From IMG/VR virus record IMGVR_UViG_3300044740_000023, positions 21,806 to 85,805 of that record: 64,000 nucleotides of DNA; one strand, written 5' to 3'. Positions 17,792 through 27,464 of this stretch are shown piece after piece. Made by a program: the position numbers and the translations under genes. Below the pieces are notes generated by a model that did not search any database, was not told the DNA's origin, and saw only the letters and a program-made list of their open reading frames with translations. Within the stretch, counting starts at the first letter, position 1; each line of letters starts with the position of its first letter. Origin of the DNA: a virus (Duplodnaviria; Caudoviricetes).

Positions 17792-18522
17792 CGCACTCCC
17801 ACCGAGACCTTGCTTCGCGATTTCGGACTCGCGAGCCAGCAGTCCCGACAGAGCACCGCGCCGCGTCGCTTCAACTCCCGACCGCAGTCGTGGCATTTCG
17901 GTTTCGGCGTCGAAGCAGCTTTGCGGGCGCGGCTGATCTTTTCGCGCGTGCTCTGCGATTTCGCGGCGCATGGCTTCGAGCAGAACCGCTGACGGCGGCT
18001 CTCTTTGTAGTACGCCTTCCCACACTCGTCGCAATGCGCCTCCATCCGGCAGCCCCTAGAGCAGAACCGTGGCGGCTTCTGACTTGGGTAGGCATGGAAC
18101 CGAAAGTCGGCCCCGCACCGCTCGCAGGCGGCTTCCGATAGCGCATCCTCGCCCCGACGCATCGTAGATTTGGAGTCGTCGCGCAGCGAAATGACCGTGC
18201 GCGGACGCTCCCCGTCGAACTCCAGTCGAGCCACGATGCTCGTGACCTGTGAGTCGTCGAGCCACGCGATACCGTTCGCTGCGTCGAGCACCTGCTTGAC
18301 GAGGTTGTCGAGGTCGATGCGCTGCCGGTTGCTGCGATAAAAGATCAGCCCGACCTGCACATTCCCTCGAAACGCTCTCCCGCCAATCGCGCGGCGGATT
18401 TCCCAACCGAGAAGTTCTGCGTTCTCGCGCTGCGCCTTCGGCGTGTACGCGCCCCGACTCGTGACCCGAGGTCGTGCCTTTGAACATGGCTGCCCCTCCA
18501 CCGTGAGATCGACTCGTCGCAT
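17788..18522 (-). CDS. rusA: RusA-family Holliday junction resolvase with C-terminal zinc-finger repeats
   Basis: KARPRV...YTP, DLDNLVKQVLDAANG...DDSQV; followed by two CxxC...CSxxC units and a CxxC...CxxC unit. Confidence 0.88.
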   Translation of the reverse strand: MRRVDLTVEGQPCSKARPRVTSRGAYTPKAQRENAELLGWEIRRAIGGRAFRGNVQVGLIFYRSNRQRIDLDNLVKQVLDAANGIAWLDDSQVTSIVARLEFDGERPRTVISLRDDSKSTMRRGEDALSEAACERCGADFRFHAYPSQKPPRFCSRGCRMEAHCDECGKAYYKESRRQRFCSKPCAAKSQSTREKISRARKAASTPKPKCHDCGRELKRRGAVLCRDCWLASPKSRSKVSVGVR

Positions 18523-18530
18523 TCGTGTCG

Positions 18531-19532
18531 TCAGGAGGCGACATCATCCGTGTTGCCCTGACTTGAGTCCCCCGAAGAGGGCTGCACCTCAGCGAGCGCG
18601 GTCTCCAGCCTGCGGATCATGCCGCGCCGCACCTCCAGCGGCGCGTCGTCGGGCTTGCTCCAGCCGCCCTCCTTGCTGCGCTCGGTCCACCACGCCGAGA
18701 ACTTCGACCACGCCTCGGGGTCGCGTGCCTGGAGTTCCCCGGCGAGCATCGGCAGGCGCTCGCGCACCTGCTCAGCCGTTTCCTGCCCCTGTGCGGCCTC
18801 GGGAAGCTCGATGGGAGCCTCCTCTGCGGTGCCGCGCAGTTCCGCCATGTCCTCAAACGTGGCGACACCCGTGCCGACGATGAGGATGCCCGCCATGCCG
18901 AGGGCACGACCGATGGCCCCGGTCTCGGCCTTCGCCAGCGCGTTCACGTCGCTCGTCGTCGCCAGAACTTGCTTCGTGGCAACGCCTTCACGAGAAGGGC
19001 GCGGGCGCTCCTCGGTCCAGTCCTTCTTGCCGTCAGGTAGCTGGACTTCGTGGCCGGTGCTGGAGTGCCACGCCTCGGTCTCGTACAGCGCGACGCGCAT
19101 GGTGCAGCAGAGGAAGCGCACAAAGTTCTGACCCTCGCCCCGAACGACATGCCAGAAGAACCCCGCAGGCATGTTCGCGTTGTAGAACGGGGAATCCTTA
19201 TCGTCGATCTGCGGCACGGAGACCGGCTCGATGACGGCCACCTTGTCGGTGAGAGCGGCTAGCTTGCGGAAGTAGACGATGCGCGTGTCCACTCGAACGT
19301 AGGGCGTGTACGTCATCTCGTACACATCTTCAGTCCCTATGCGCCCGTTGCGTTCGACCTGCTTTTTCACCTTCTCGGATGCCGGGATTATCGTCACGCC
19401 ATTGACGAAATCCTCATGCTGCATCCCCTCGTCGAGCGGAACGGTTCTAAACCACTCCGCAACTTCCTCGCTCGATGGCCGGTGAAACCGCCATCTCCCT
19501 CCCTCGCGCACCGGGCTATTTGGTATCGACAT
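18531..19532 (-). CDS. Putative single-strand annealing recombinase (Rad52/Sak-like)
   Basis: NALAKAETGAIGRALGMAGI...ATFEDM motif; near the exonuclease; SD GGAGG. Confidence 0.55.
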   Translation of the reverse strand: MSIPNSPVREGGRWRFHRPSSEEVAEWFRTVPLDEGMQHEDFVNGVTIIPASEKVKKQVERNGRIGTEDVYEMTYTPYVRVDTRIVYFRKLAALTDKVAVIEPVSVPQIDDKDSPFYNANMPAGFFWHVVRGEGQNFVRFLCCTMRVALYETEAWHSSTGHEVQLPDGKKDWTEERPRPSREGVATKQVLATTSDVNALAKAETGAIGRALGMAGILIVGTGVATFEDMAELRGTAEEAPIELPEAAQGQETAEQVRERLPMLAGELQARDPEAWSKFSAWWTERSKEGGWSKPDDAPLEVRRGMIRRLETALAEVQPSSGDSSQGNTDDVAS

Positions 19533-19905
19533 GGACCCTCCGATAGTGCTCAATGCCGTGGTGCTTGGCACATAGCCAGCGAACGGCAAGCGGTTTGCTG
19601 TAGTCGTCGTGGTGCGCCTCGATGCGCCCTTCGCATCCCACGCCCACTTCACACGGCCCTCGCCTTAGCGTGCCATCCGCCAGCGCATGCTTGACCGCTT
19701 TTCGCGCTCGCACCTTCTGATCGGTCGGCTGAATATGACCGCGCGCTCGTTTGCGCGCCACTCTCTTGCGCAAGCGATCTTCAATTCGCCGCCGATGCTT
19801 GTTGCGGTCATGGAACGCTGCGTCCTTACACCGCTTCGAGCAGTAGCGTTGTGGCTCACCGCTGCTACGCGGCGTGAACGGTTCTCCGCAAAGTGCGCAG
19901 TTCAT
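19516..19905 (-). CDS. HNH-type endonuclease with N-terminal zinc finger
   Basis: CALC...YCSKRC; IEAHHDDYSKPLAVRWLCAKHH. Confidence 0.75.
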   Translation of the reverse strand: MNCALCGEPFTPRSSGEPQRYCSKRCKDAAFHDRNKHRRRIEDRLRKRVARKRARGHIQPTDQKVRARKAVKHALADGTLRRGPCEVGVGCEGRIEAHHDDYSKPLAVRWLCAKHHGIEHYRRVHVDTK

Positions 19906-20044
19906 AATCTCCAGGGGGTCGATGTGTGGACTGAATCTACATCTGGCCTCGGACGTAAAAGAGGCGCGCCGCAACTCCCCGCGCGACGCGCCCCGGCCCC
20001 CTGGATGAGAGGCGCAATTAGCGTAACTTGCGTCGCGGCGTCAC

Positions 20045-20368
20045 ATGCCGTCCGACCCATGTGTAGACTCCCTCCACATGGAGAACGAGAACGGAGCGCG
20101 TCAGCACGAGAGCGACGAGTCGGTCGCGATGCGGGCGATGCAACCAGAGCCAGAGCAGCAACCCGCGCTGCCGATGCGCGAGGAATACCCGACGTTCGGC
20201 GTGAGCATCGCGGACACCGAGGACGGCGGTCGCGCGCTCATCATTCAGGTGCCCTACCCGCGCAAGACGATGATCCTGCCATTCACCGCCGAGAACGCCG
20301 TGGCGGTCGGCCAGAAGCTCAGCGCCCCGCGCGTGGTAGTCGCAGATCGCGTGCCTCCGACCGGCTGA
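20045..20368 (+). CDS. Hypothetical protein (divergent + strand island)
   Basis: Only plausible ORF in the gap; TGATG coupling to the next gene. Confidence 0.5.
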   Translation: MPSDPCVDSLHMENENGARQHESDESVAMRAMQPEPEQQPALPMREEYPTFGVSIADTEDGGRALIIQVPYPRKTMILPFTAENAVAVGQKLSAPRVVVADRVPPTG

Positions 20369-20574
20369 TGTTCACGCCTGAGCAGATCGCAGCCGGGACG
20401 ACGGCACTCGGATTACCGTTGACGCTGGAGTATTCGGTGCCGTGCATGGACGGGCAGTCGGCGTGCCGCAAGATATTCGGGAGCGACCGGAGTCAGGCCG
20501 AAGCCTGCGCGAAGAACGAGCGTAGTCTCGTCGAGGTCCGCCTGACGACGGGCTGGATCAAGCTCCCCGATTAG
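20368..20574 (+). CDS. Small hypothetical protein
   Basis: ATG at 20368 overlaps upstream TGA; converges on the tail operon end. Confidence 0.4.
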   Translation: MFTPEQIAAGTTALGLPLTLEYSVPCMDGQSACRKIFGSDRSQAEACAKNERSLVEVRLTTGWIKLPD

Positions 20575-22163
20575 ACGCCGTTGGGGATGGTCGCGCGGGC
20601 ACCGGGACCAACGCCCTGTTCGCCCAAGCCCAACGGCCATCCGGTGCGCGTCAGGTCGATGGTGTCGCCCGAGTGGACACCGATCTGACGGCGCTGATAG
20701 TAGGGCACGATGGTCGCCTGAGCATGCGCCAGTACCGAGTGGTATCCGACCGAGTTCCATGAGCCTTCGATGCTCGCCGCTGCGACCTGCGCAGGTGTCC
20801 ACAGCAGGCTCGTCGCGATGTTCGGGTTTTCCCCGCCGCTCAAGTACGTCGGCCCTTTGTAGAGCGCTTCGGGCGGTTTCAGAAAGCCAGTAATGCTCGG
20901 TTCTTCACCGGGCGATTTGAGTTCACCTTTTTCATTGTAGGCAGTCGGAAGGCTGACGGCAGTAACGGTCTGCGGCCCCAATTTGTCGTTGCAACCGAGA
21001 GGGCATTTGTGGAAGTTGTCACAATACGGACTTGGCGCTTCGGGTTCGTGATTCAGGAGTCCTTGCCCAAATTCGATCCCGCTACCGTAGACCCAAATGA
21101 CGATTGCGCACCAGTCCGGTTGGGGCAGGCACGTCCCGAGTAGACCGGCGAGGGCCAGCGAGATGCCGAAGCCTGCGGACGTACCGTCAAACGCTTCGCC
21201 GTAAGGTAGTAGGCATTCCTCAAAACCTGTCGGTTCGTGGCAGACGATCACGGGCGGCGAACCTTCCGCTTTTGCGTTCCCATCGACCGCGCATGTGATG
21301 GTCGCACCCGTGAAGATGTCCTCTTTCGACACCGTGCCGCGCTGATGCACAGGCCCCGTTCCGCGACGCATCCGGTTGAACCACTTGAGCGGCGGGGTCT
21401 GCGTGACGGGCTTGATGTCGGGGTCAACATCGACAATCACCGCAGTCGGTTCTTTGTGGCCGGGTTCGTGGCCGAGTGCTTCGCCCGCGCGCAGCACACC
21501 GCCGACATGGAGGGTCGTCGCATCGCTGCCGCGCGGTGTGGCCGGACACGTATTTTCGGGCAGGGTGTTGGTGAGTTCGTTCACGTTGTCCGCCGTTGCC
21601 GTCACATGTCCCGCCAGATGCAGGCGAGTGCCGTGGACTGCGTATTCAGAATCGACATCGGCAAACGCGGGGAGGAGGAATCCGCCCATCGCGGCATATC
21701 CGGGCGCATCTTCTTCTTCCACGAGCAGCCAGCGCGCGTTGCCGAGGACGAGCGCGAGTCGAAACGGCTGCGTGTACTGCGGTTCTTTTTTCCAGCCTTC
21801 ACCTTCAGGGGTCTCGCTGTACCATTCTGCTTCAGGAGGCGGGGCGTTGACGGACGCCGGGACTGGAGTCGTGAGAACAAGCGTGCCGTCTGCTTTCATC
21901 GTGGCGTTGAAGTGCTCCGCGATCTCCAGCGCCGTGTTGCAGGCGTCCGTGGTGCCGTTCGGCTGAATGGGGAACGTGAGCGAGGTATCTTTCGCGGGTC
22001 GATACGCCGGGGGCAACAGGGTCAGGATCGTCGTGGTCGCGCTAGGCGCCACCGAATAGATTTCGCCGGTCAGGTAGACGTAGCCCTTGTGCTGATAGGC
22101 GTACACATTGTTGCCGGGTTCGTCCTTCCAACCCGTGTGCAGGTAGGGCGCGAGTGCGATCAT
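20571..22163 (-). CDS. Minor tail / adsorption protein (paralog B)
   Basis: GYVYLTG...LPPAYRP fibre-type module; ATGA coupling; last gene of the tail operon. Confidence 0.6.
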   Translation of the reverse strand: MIALAPYLHTGWKDEPGNNVYAYQHKGYVYLTGEIYSVAPSATTTILTLLPPAYRPAKDTSLTFPIQPNGTTDACNTALEIAEHFNATMKADGTLVLTTPVPASVNAPPPEAEWYSETPEGEGWKKEPQYTQPFRLALVLGNARWLLVEEEDAPGYAAMGGFLLPAFADVDSEYAVHGTRLHLAGHVTATADNVNELTNTLPENTCPATPRGSDATTLHVGGVLRAGEALGHEPGHKEPTAVIVDVDPDIKPVTQTPPLKWFNRMRRGTGPVHQRGTVSKEDIFTGATITCAVDGNAKAEGSPPVIVCHEPTGFEECLLPYGEAFDGTSAGFGISLALAGLLGTCLPQPDWCAIVIWVYGSGIEFGQGLLNHEPEAPSPYCDNFHKCPLGCNDKLGPQTVTAVSLPTAYNEKGELKSPGEEPSITGFLKPPEALYKGPTYLSGGENPNIATSLLWTPAQVAAASIEGSWNSVGYHSVLAHAQATIVPYYQRRQIGVHSGDTIDLTRTGWPLGLGEQGVGPGARATIPNGV

Positions 22164-23854
22164 CGGTTGCGCTCCGGTAGTCGCACCATGCCGCGCGTAC
22201 CGCTGCCGATCAGCGTGGCGGCACCTTCCTGACGTAGTTCGACGCCCTGCCAGCCGCAGTTCGTGAGGTCGAGCACGTCGCCTTTGTGCATCCCGTACTG
22301 ACGCTTCTCGTAGTAGGGGAAGATGATCGCTTGGTAGCCGACTCGCGCAAGCCATGTGCGGAATTTGCCGAAGGTGATCTGAACGGTGGCCGATTCGCCG
22401 CCCTTCCAGAGCAGCGAAGCCACGCACCCGTCGCGCAGGCCGATACCCGGTGAGCCTTTGTAGTGCGAGGCGGGCGGTTTGAGGTAGCCCTTCGGGAAGA
22501 GTCCTTTGCCCGCGCCTTCGCCCTGTTCCAATGGCACGACTGGAGTCACGCCATCTTCAAGCACCCATGATGGCGTTATGACTCCCTGCATGTTGCGCGA
22601 CCAGTTTTCGACAACTTCGCATCCACAATTTTCGGGATAGCCGCCTTTGTGCTGCGTTTCCGCGTTCTGCGGATCGGGGCCGTTCGGCACAGCCACGTCC
22701 TGCTGCGCTTCGAGCGTGAGCTTGACAAGGAACCAGTCGGGCGCAGGGTTGACGAGCGAAAAGAGTTCGGACACATCGAAGAAAAGGTCCGGCAATGTGC
22801 CGTTCTGCGTGTTACACATGAACGACGCTTTGCTATGAGGCGGTTCGGGATCTTCACAATGAAATTCGGTTTTGACGGTGCTGCCGACTGCCGTCCGATA
22901 CGCCTTGCGACCGAACCCCGAAATCTCTCCGGGGTAGAAACCCGCGCTCTTGGGAGAGGTGTAGTTGCTGTCTCCTTCGCTCACCTGCCCGGCGTGATCC
23001 GCAAGCGGCGGCGAATCTCCTGCCGGGTGCATCACGTCGGAGGGAAGCCAGAGGTTGTAGTGTTTTGTGACTTCGTTGAACGAGTAGGTGACAGGCCAGC
23101 CGTCGAAGGTCGCGAAGTCGCTTCCGCCGTGACCAACACCGAGGCCAGTCTCCTCTTCACCCGTCGTCGGGAACGAGTCGAGCATGGTGAGCACACCGGG
23201 ACTGTCCAATGCCGCAACTAAAGCCCCGGCAAGATGCACTCGTTGTGGCTGCTCTTCGACCGGCCACGGCCAGGGTTCGTGCGCGCCGTGCATCGACCAT
23301 TCCGAACCGCTGTCGGTGAAGTCCGCGTGCAGATAGCTGCCAAGCGGAGCGAGAGTCGGCGCGAAGTCGTCGGTGTATTTGATCGCCCCTACGGGCCAGC
23401 GGCAGTTGCCGAGGTTGATCGTCAGCGCATACGGATGCGTGAAGAGCGCGAGCGGCGCTTCCCCGTGTTCGGTGTAGTGGTAGTACGTGCCGCTGGAGGG
23501 CGTCGTCGTGAGCAGCGACGGGAACGTGTCGAGCGTGATCGTGCCGCTCGGGTCCACGGTGGCGGTGTACGTGCGCGGCAGGCGCAGCGCGCCGACCGAG
23601 TAGTCGTCCGTGCTGGTGGGATCGCAGGCGACCGTGATTTTGACGGGTGCGCTCGGGCGCGCCTCGGCAGGCAGGCCCGTCAGCAGGACCGGACTGGTGG
23701 GCACCGTGCCGGGCGGTTCCGTGCCGACGCGCCCGACCAGATAGCAGTAGCCCCGGTGCAGGTAGTAGACGATGGCTGAGGAGTTGAACGGCGCGTTCCA
23801 GCCGGGCTGGACGGTGCCAGCGCTTTGCGTTACGCCTCCCGCGAGGATCGGCAT
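22160..23854 (-). CDS. Minor tail / adsorption protein (paralog A)
   Basis: GYCYLVG...GLPAEARP module; shares ordered motifs with 20571-22163. Confidence 0.6.
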   Translation of the reverse strand: MPILAGGVTQSAGTVQPGWNAPFNSSAIVYYLHRGYCYLVGRVGTEPPGTVPTSPVLLTGLPAEARPSAPVKITVACDPTSTDDYSVGALRLPRTYTATVDPSGTITLDTFPSLLTTTPSSGTYYHYTEHGEAPLALFTHPYALTINLGNCRWPVGAIKYTDDFAPTLAPLGSYLHADFTDSGSEWSMHGAHEPWPWPVEEQPQRVHLAGALVAALDSPGVLTMLDSFPTTGEEETGLGVGHGGSDFATFDGWPVTYSFNEVTKHYNLWLPSDVMHPAGDSPPLADHAGQVSEGDSNYTSPKSAGFYPGEISGFGRKAYRTAVGSTVKTEFHCEDPEPPHSKASFMCNTQNGTLPDLFFDVSELFSLVNPAPDWFLVKLTLEAQQDVAVPNGPDPQNAETQHKGGYPENCGCEVVENWSRNMQGVITPSWVLEDGVTPVVPLEQGEGAGKGLFPKGYLKPPASHYKGSPGIGLRDGCVASLLWKGGESATVQITFGKFRTWLARVGYQAIIFPYYEKRQYGMHKGDVLDLTNCGWQGVELRQEGAATLIGSGTRGMVRLPERNR

Positions 23855-24492
23855 TACTGGAGCGGCCTAAATACCACGCCGCGCGTCAGGCCCGGCGTGT
23901 GCGACTGTGGTTCGAGTTCACCTTCGCCTTCTTCTTCGCCGGTCCAGATGGCAGTCGCGTTGACATCTTCGATTTCGCCAGGAAGGAGTTGCCACCCTTT
24001 CGTTTCGTCACACTTGCCTTTGGAGAAGGTTTCACCTTCGACCGTTACGGAATGCCATCCGCCTTTGAGCGGGTTTTCATTTCGTTTGAAGGTATCGACC
24101 ACGACGCCGCCGATGCTGAAGTTCACGACTTCCGGCCATGTGTGGCGGAAGGCTTCGATCCCCGCTTTGCCGGTGGTGTAGGTGGCGTCTGCGGCTTCAA
24201 GTGTGTGGCCTGCGAATTCGAGGATGACTTTGCCGCCTTCTACCTTCACTCGCATCGTATGTTTGCCTTCGGGCACCGGCAATTCTTCGCTGAAGCCGAT
24301 GTTCGTGTATTTCCATTCGGGGTCGATGCGGTAGAGGATGAGTTCCATGATTGGAGTTGCTTCAAATCGCGGCGTGATCTGGAGCAACGCGATGTAGCCG
24401 TGGCCTTTCAGCGGTTCAAAGCAGGTGAGCAACATCAACGCCTGTTCCTGTTCGGCGGGGTGCGGCATCAACACTTCGACCGCGACGTTCAT
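23854..24492 (-). CDS. Minor tail protein, lectin-like beta-sandwich
   Basis: HTMRVKVEGGKVILEF...GKAGI...NFSI pattern of concanavalin-like folds; tail operon position. Confidence 0.4.
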   Translation of the reverse strand: MNVAVEVLMPHPAEQEQALMLLTCFEPLKGHGYIALLQITPRFEATPIMELILYRIDPEWKYTNIGFSEELPVPEGKHTMRVKVEGGKVILEFAGHTLEAADATYTTGKAGIEAFRHTWPEVVNFSIGGVVVDTFKRNENPLKGGWHSVTVEGETFSKGKCDETKGWQLLPGEIEDVNATAIWTGEEEGEGELEPQSHTPGLTRGVVFRPLQ

Positions 24493-24959
24493 GGTTCGAC
24501 TTCCGGCGCTTCGGGTTCTGGCTCAGCTTCGATGAAGGAGCCGTAGCCCTGGAAGGTCAGGTGGGCCACGCCTTTGTACGCACCTTCCCCGATAGCGCCG
24601 ATGGCGACGACAGCGCCGACGATGGAGCCGTTGGTTTCGTCGTGCAGCCATTCTGTCACCGTCGCAAGAACGCCGACAGCCGGGTTCGTGTGCGAGCCGT
24701 AGGTGAAGTGCGGGTATTCGAGCGTCGAGTCGCGCGCGGACGGCGCAAAGTGCAGCGCGTAATCGAACTGGATCGTGACGGTGGCGAATACCGGCGTGGC
24801 TGCGGCGGTGCCCGAGATTTCGTACTGGAACTGGAGTTCGATCTCTCGCATCGCGTTCTTGGCGCGATTTGAGTCGCGGCCACGGATGGCCGTCGTGGTC
24901 CCAACTGCGACCTGATGCAGCACCCGCTGGACCGCTCCGATGGGGATGCCCTCAGCCAT
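24489..24959 (-). CDS. Minor tail protein
   Basis: Beta-rich; coupled in the tail operon. Confidence 0.45.
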   Translation of the reverse strand: MAEGIPIGAVQRVLHQVAVGTTTAIRGRDSNRAKNAMREIELQFQYEISGTAAATPVFATVTIQFDYALHFAPSARDSTLEYPHFTYGSHTNPAVGVLATVTEWLHDETNGSIVGAVVAIGAIGEGAYKGVAHLTFQGYGSFIEAEPEPEAPEVEP

Positions 24960-27291
24960 AGCCTTCCGTGCTCTGCGTGGCTTCACGCGGTTCGAGTTCG
25001 CCGCCCTTGCCGTTCGGCGGGGCTTCTTCGTTGATGATCGCCACGATTGCCGCCACGTCCGGCGTGTCGATCAGGGAGCCGACCAGCGTGGTCACGAACT
25101 TCCGGTTCTCGCCGTCGATGAACGTCGAGGCGCGCTCGCGCACGGAGAGGCGCGTGGCGAGGCCGGTGCCGAGGTCCATGAGCATGACGTGATCGTCGAT
25201 GTCCATGATCGCGGGCGCACCGGGGAATTCGACCGTGGCTTCACACTCCGCGATGGCTTGCTGGAGCGCGATGAAGAGCGCCGCGTTTTTGCAGAGGTCC
25301 ACCGTCGCAAGCTGCGGGTTTTTTTCGACCACCACCTTCTGCACGCCCGCGAGCCGCGAGTCGGCGTAGCGTGCGCCCGGCGTGCCAGCCCACGGCGGGA
25401 TCAGGTCATACATGACGAACTTGCCGCTGGTGATCGCGGCTGACATGTTGCCCGGCAGCGACTTCGTGATGCCGATGGCACGGATCAGGCTCGACAGCGG
25501 TTCAAGCGAGAGCTTCAGGTCGATGGCGGTGAGCATGGAGCGGTCGGTGATGACTGGCGGCGGGATGCCGGGGCGTGCGAGCGCCGCGCTGTTACCCCGC
25601 TGTGCCCAATCGACGTTGCCGTTCGCCTCGATCCCCGCTTCACGGAGTTCCTTTTCGGCTGTCGTGTCCGGTGACAGGACTCTAGTTTTCCTGAACGTCG
25701 GGATGCCGAGGCTTTCTTCACCGTTCACCGGCCCGCCCTGCGCGGGGTCCTGCGCGGGGTCCGCCAAGAAGAAGATGAAGCCGATACCTTCCGCGATTTC
25801 GCGGATAACGTCCATGTAGGACTTATCCTGAAAGCAGATGATGCGCTTGGGCAATCGAAAGCCGGTGAGCGGGATGTCCCATTCCTTGAAGCCTGCCCAT
25901 TGACAGAGGATGCGGATGACATCGGCAATATCTTCGGTGAGTACCCATTGGTCCTTGCCCGCGGCGGCTTCGGTCGCTTCGCGCAGACCGTGCAGTCCGT
26001 TCAGGCCCGCGCGGAACCCGCCTTCGGTCGCGTGCAGTTTGCGGAAGCTGATGCGCAGGATGCTGCCGTTGCCCACGCGATAGGCGACTGATGTGCCGGG
26101 GCCGGGGGAGTTGTCGAGCGGCGGACGCTGAAAGCCGGTGGGGAAGTTGGCGATGAAGCGCGTGTAGGACACACCACCGAGCACACCCGGCACGAGTTGT
26201 TCTTCTTTTTTGGTGATGTCCACCCATCCGTTTTTGTCGAGCCATTTGTTTTCGATGGTCATATCTTCGGCGGGCGCGCTCGTTTCCTTGCGCGTCGGAG
26301 CCAGACCACCTGTCAGTTTTGTTGGCCGGAGTGAGATATAGACATCGAGGCCCGCCCATTGCGCGAGCATCTCGCAGAAGTTGTACCGGCCCTCCGGTAG
26401 CCTGATCTCCACCCACTCGGTCTGTTCCGCGCTGCCGAGTAGGTTCGTCTGCCACCACGTTGCTTTGTTGAAGTCGGTGACAGCCGTGGCCGGATGTTTG
26501 CCGCTGCTATCTTCGTTCGATGCCGTGGCTTCGCCGCCCACGTCCGACTTCAGCGCGGCGTCGTCGGCGTCCACGAACACCACCGGGGTCGCGATCACCG
26601 GGTCCTTGCCAGCGCCGAAGAAGTGCGTGTCGGTGAATACGAGGCCGAAGTCGCGCGCCGTGATGACGATGCGGTCGGGTTTCGAGGTCGAGTCGATGTT
26701 TTCGATCAGGCCCGTGAACACCTTGACTAGATTCGTGCCGTAGCCCTGGTAAATGGTGATCTGCGCTGCCTCAGCGAATTTGCCTGCCCATTCGTTCGCG
26801 GCGAACGCTTCAGCGATTGCTTCGAGTTCTGCGAGCCACGTTCCCGCGAGCGCTTTCACGTTCGCCGGACCTTCGACCCTGCCGCGCAACGGAGCCATCG
26901 CGCCGCGCTCGCGAGCGTGATAGCCACCGCCGCGTTCGGGATAGAGAATGTTCTCTACCTCGATGGTGGCCGTGCCAACGCTGCCCTGCTGTTTTTCGAG
27001 CTTCTTTTCGTGCTTGGCTTCGAGCACGTTTGGCACGACGACGTAGCTCGACGTGGGCAGCCACAAGCCCTGCCAAGGCTTCGCGTAGTACGGATTTTTG
27101 CCGTTCAGCCCGACGCGCGCCTGACACGGGTAGTTAGCCTGATCCCACGTCTGATGGCCCGCGCCCATCGGCGCTTCGCCTTCGGCTTTGTTACCGACCG
27201 GGTTGTCCTGGTAGTAGTGAGTGAAGCGCCCGAGTCTGATCTTGACGACCTGTGTCGGAGTCGCCGGGCCGATGTACTGCGGGACGGGCAC
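24952..27291 (-). CDS. Tail tip/hub protein with inserted discoidin (F5/8-like) domain
   Basis: VFTGLIENI...ITARD hub-type motif; AVTDFNKATWWQT...EWVEIRL; near the tape measure gene. Confidence 0.6.
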   Translation of the reverse strand: MPVPQYIGPATPTQVVKIRLGRFTHYYQDNPVGNKAEGEAPMGAGHQTWDQANYPCQARVGLNGKNPYYAKPWQGLWLPTSSYVVVPNVLEAKHEKKLEKQQGSVGTATIEVENILYPERGGGYHARERGAMAPLRGRVEGPANVKALAGTWLAELEAIAEAFAANEWAGKFAEAAQITIYQGYGTNLVKVFTGLIENIDSTSKPDRIVITARDFGLVFTDTHFFGAGKDPVIATPVVFVDADDAALKSDVGGEATASNEDSSGKHPATAVTDFNKATWWQTNLLGSAEQTEWVEIRLPEGRYNFCEMLAQWAGLDVYISLRPTKLTGGLAPTRKETSAPAEDMTIENKWLDKNGWVDITKKEEQLVPGVLGGVSYTRFIANFPTGFQRPPLDNSPGPGTSVAYRVGNGSILRISFRKLHATEGGFRAGLNGLHGLREATEAAAGKDQWVLTEDIADVIRILCQWAGFKEWDIPLTGFRLPKRIICFQDKSYMDVIREIAEGIGFIFFLADPAQDPAQGGPVNGEESLGIPTFRKTRVLSPDTTAEKELREAGIEANGNVDWAQRGNSAALARPGIPPPVITDRSMLTAIDLKLSLEPLSSLIRAIGITKSLPGNMSAAITSGKFVMYDLIPPWAGTPGARYADSRLAGVQKVVVEKNPQLATVDLCKNAALFIALQQAIAECEATVEFPGAPAIMDIDDHVMLMDLGTGLATRLSVRERASTFIDGENRKFVTTLVGSLIDTPDVAAIVAIINEEAPPNGKGGELEPREATQSTEGYG

Positions 27292-27449
27292 TACAGTTCA
27301 CCGCTCCCCGATGCCTTCGCTTCGCCCCACCCGAGCATCGACTTGACCTTAGTCGCGCCATAGAACCATACGTCCGCGATGGTCAGCGGCTTTTCGGGCG
27401 AGGAGAGGAAGCCCTGACCTTCGGCCTTGGCGACACCTTCGCCGGTCAT
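27291..27449 (-). CDS. Small tail-operon ORF (52 aa)
   Basis: Fills the gap; its stop overlaps the GTG of the next gene. Confidence 0.35.
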   Translation of the reverse strand: MTGEGVAKAEGQGFLSSPEKPLTIADVWFYGATKVKSMLGWGEAKASGSGEL

Positions 27450-27464
27450 TTCTTTGACGGGCAT

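Noticed and set aside
19906-20044. tRNA or known ncRNA in the divergent gap
   Set aside because: No cloverleaf or TTC(G)A T-loop could be built; only short imperfect stems
20571-23854. DGR or shufflon acting on the paralogous tail genes
   Set aside because: No reverse transcriptase, no near-identical TR/VR pair with A-specific mismatches, and no inverted cassettes; similarity is only at protein-motif level
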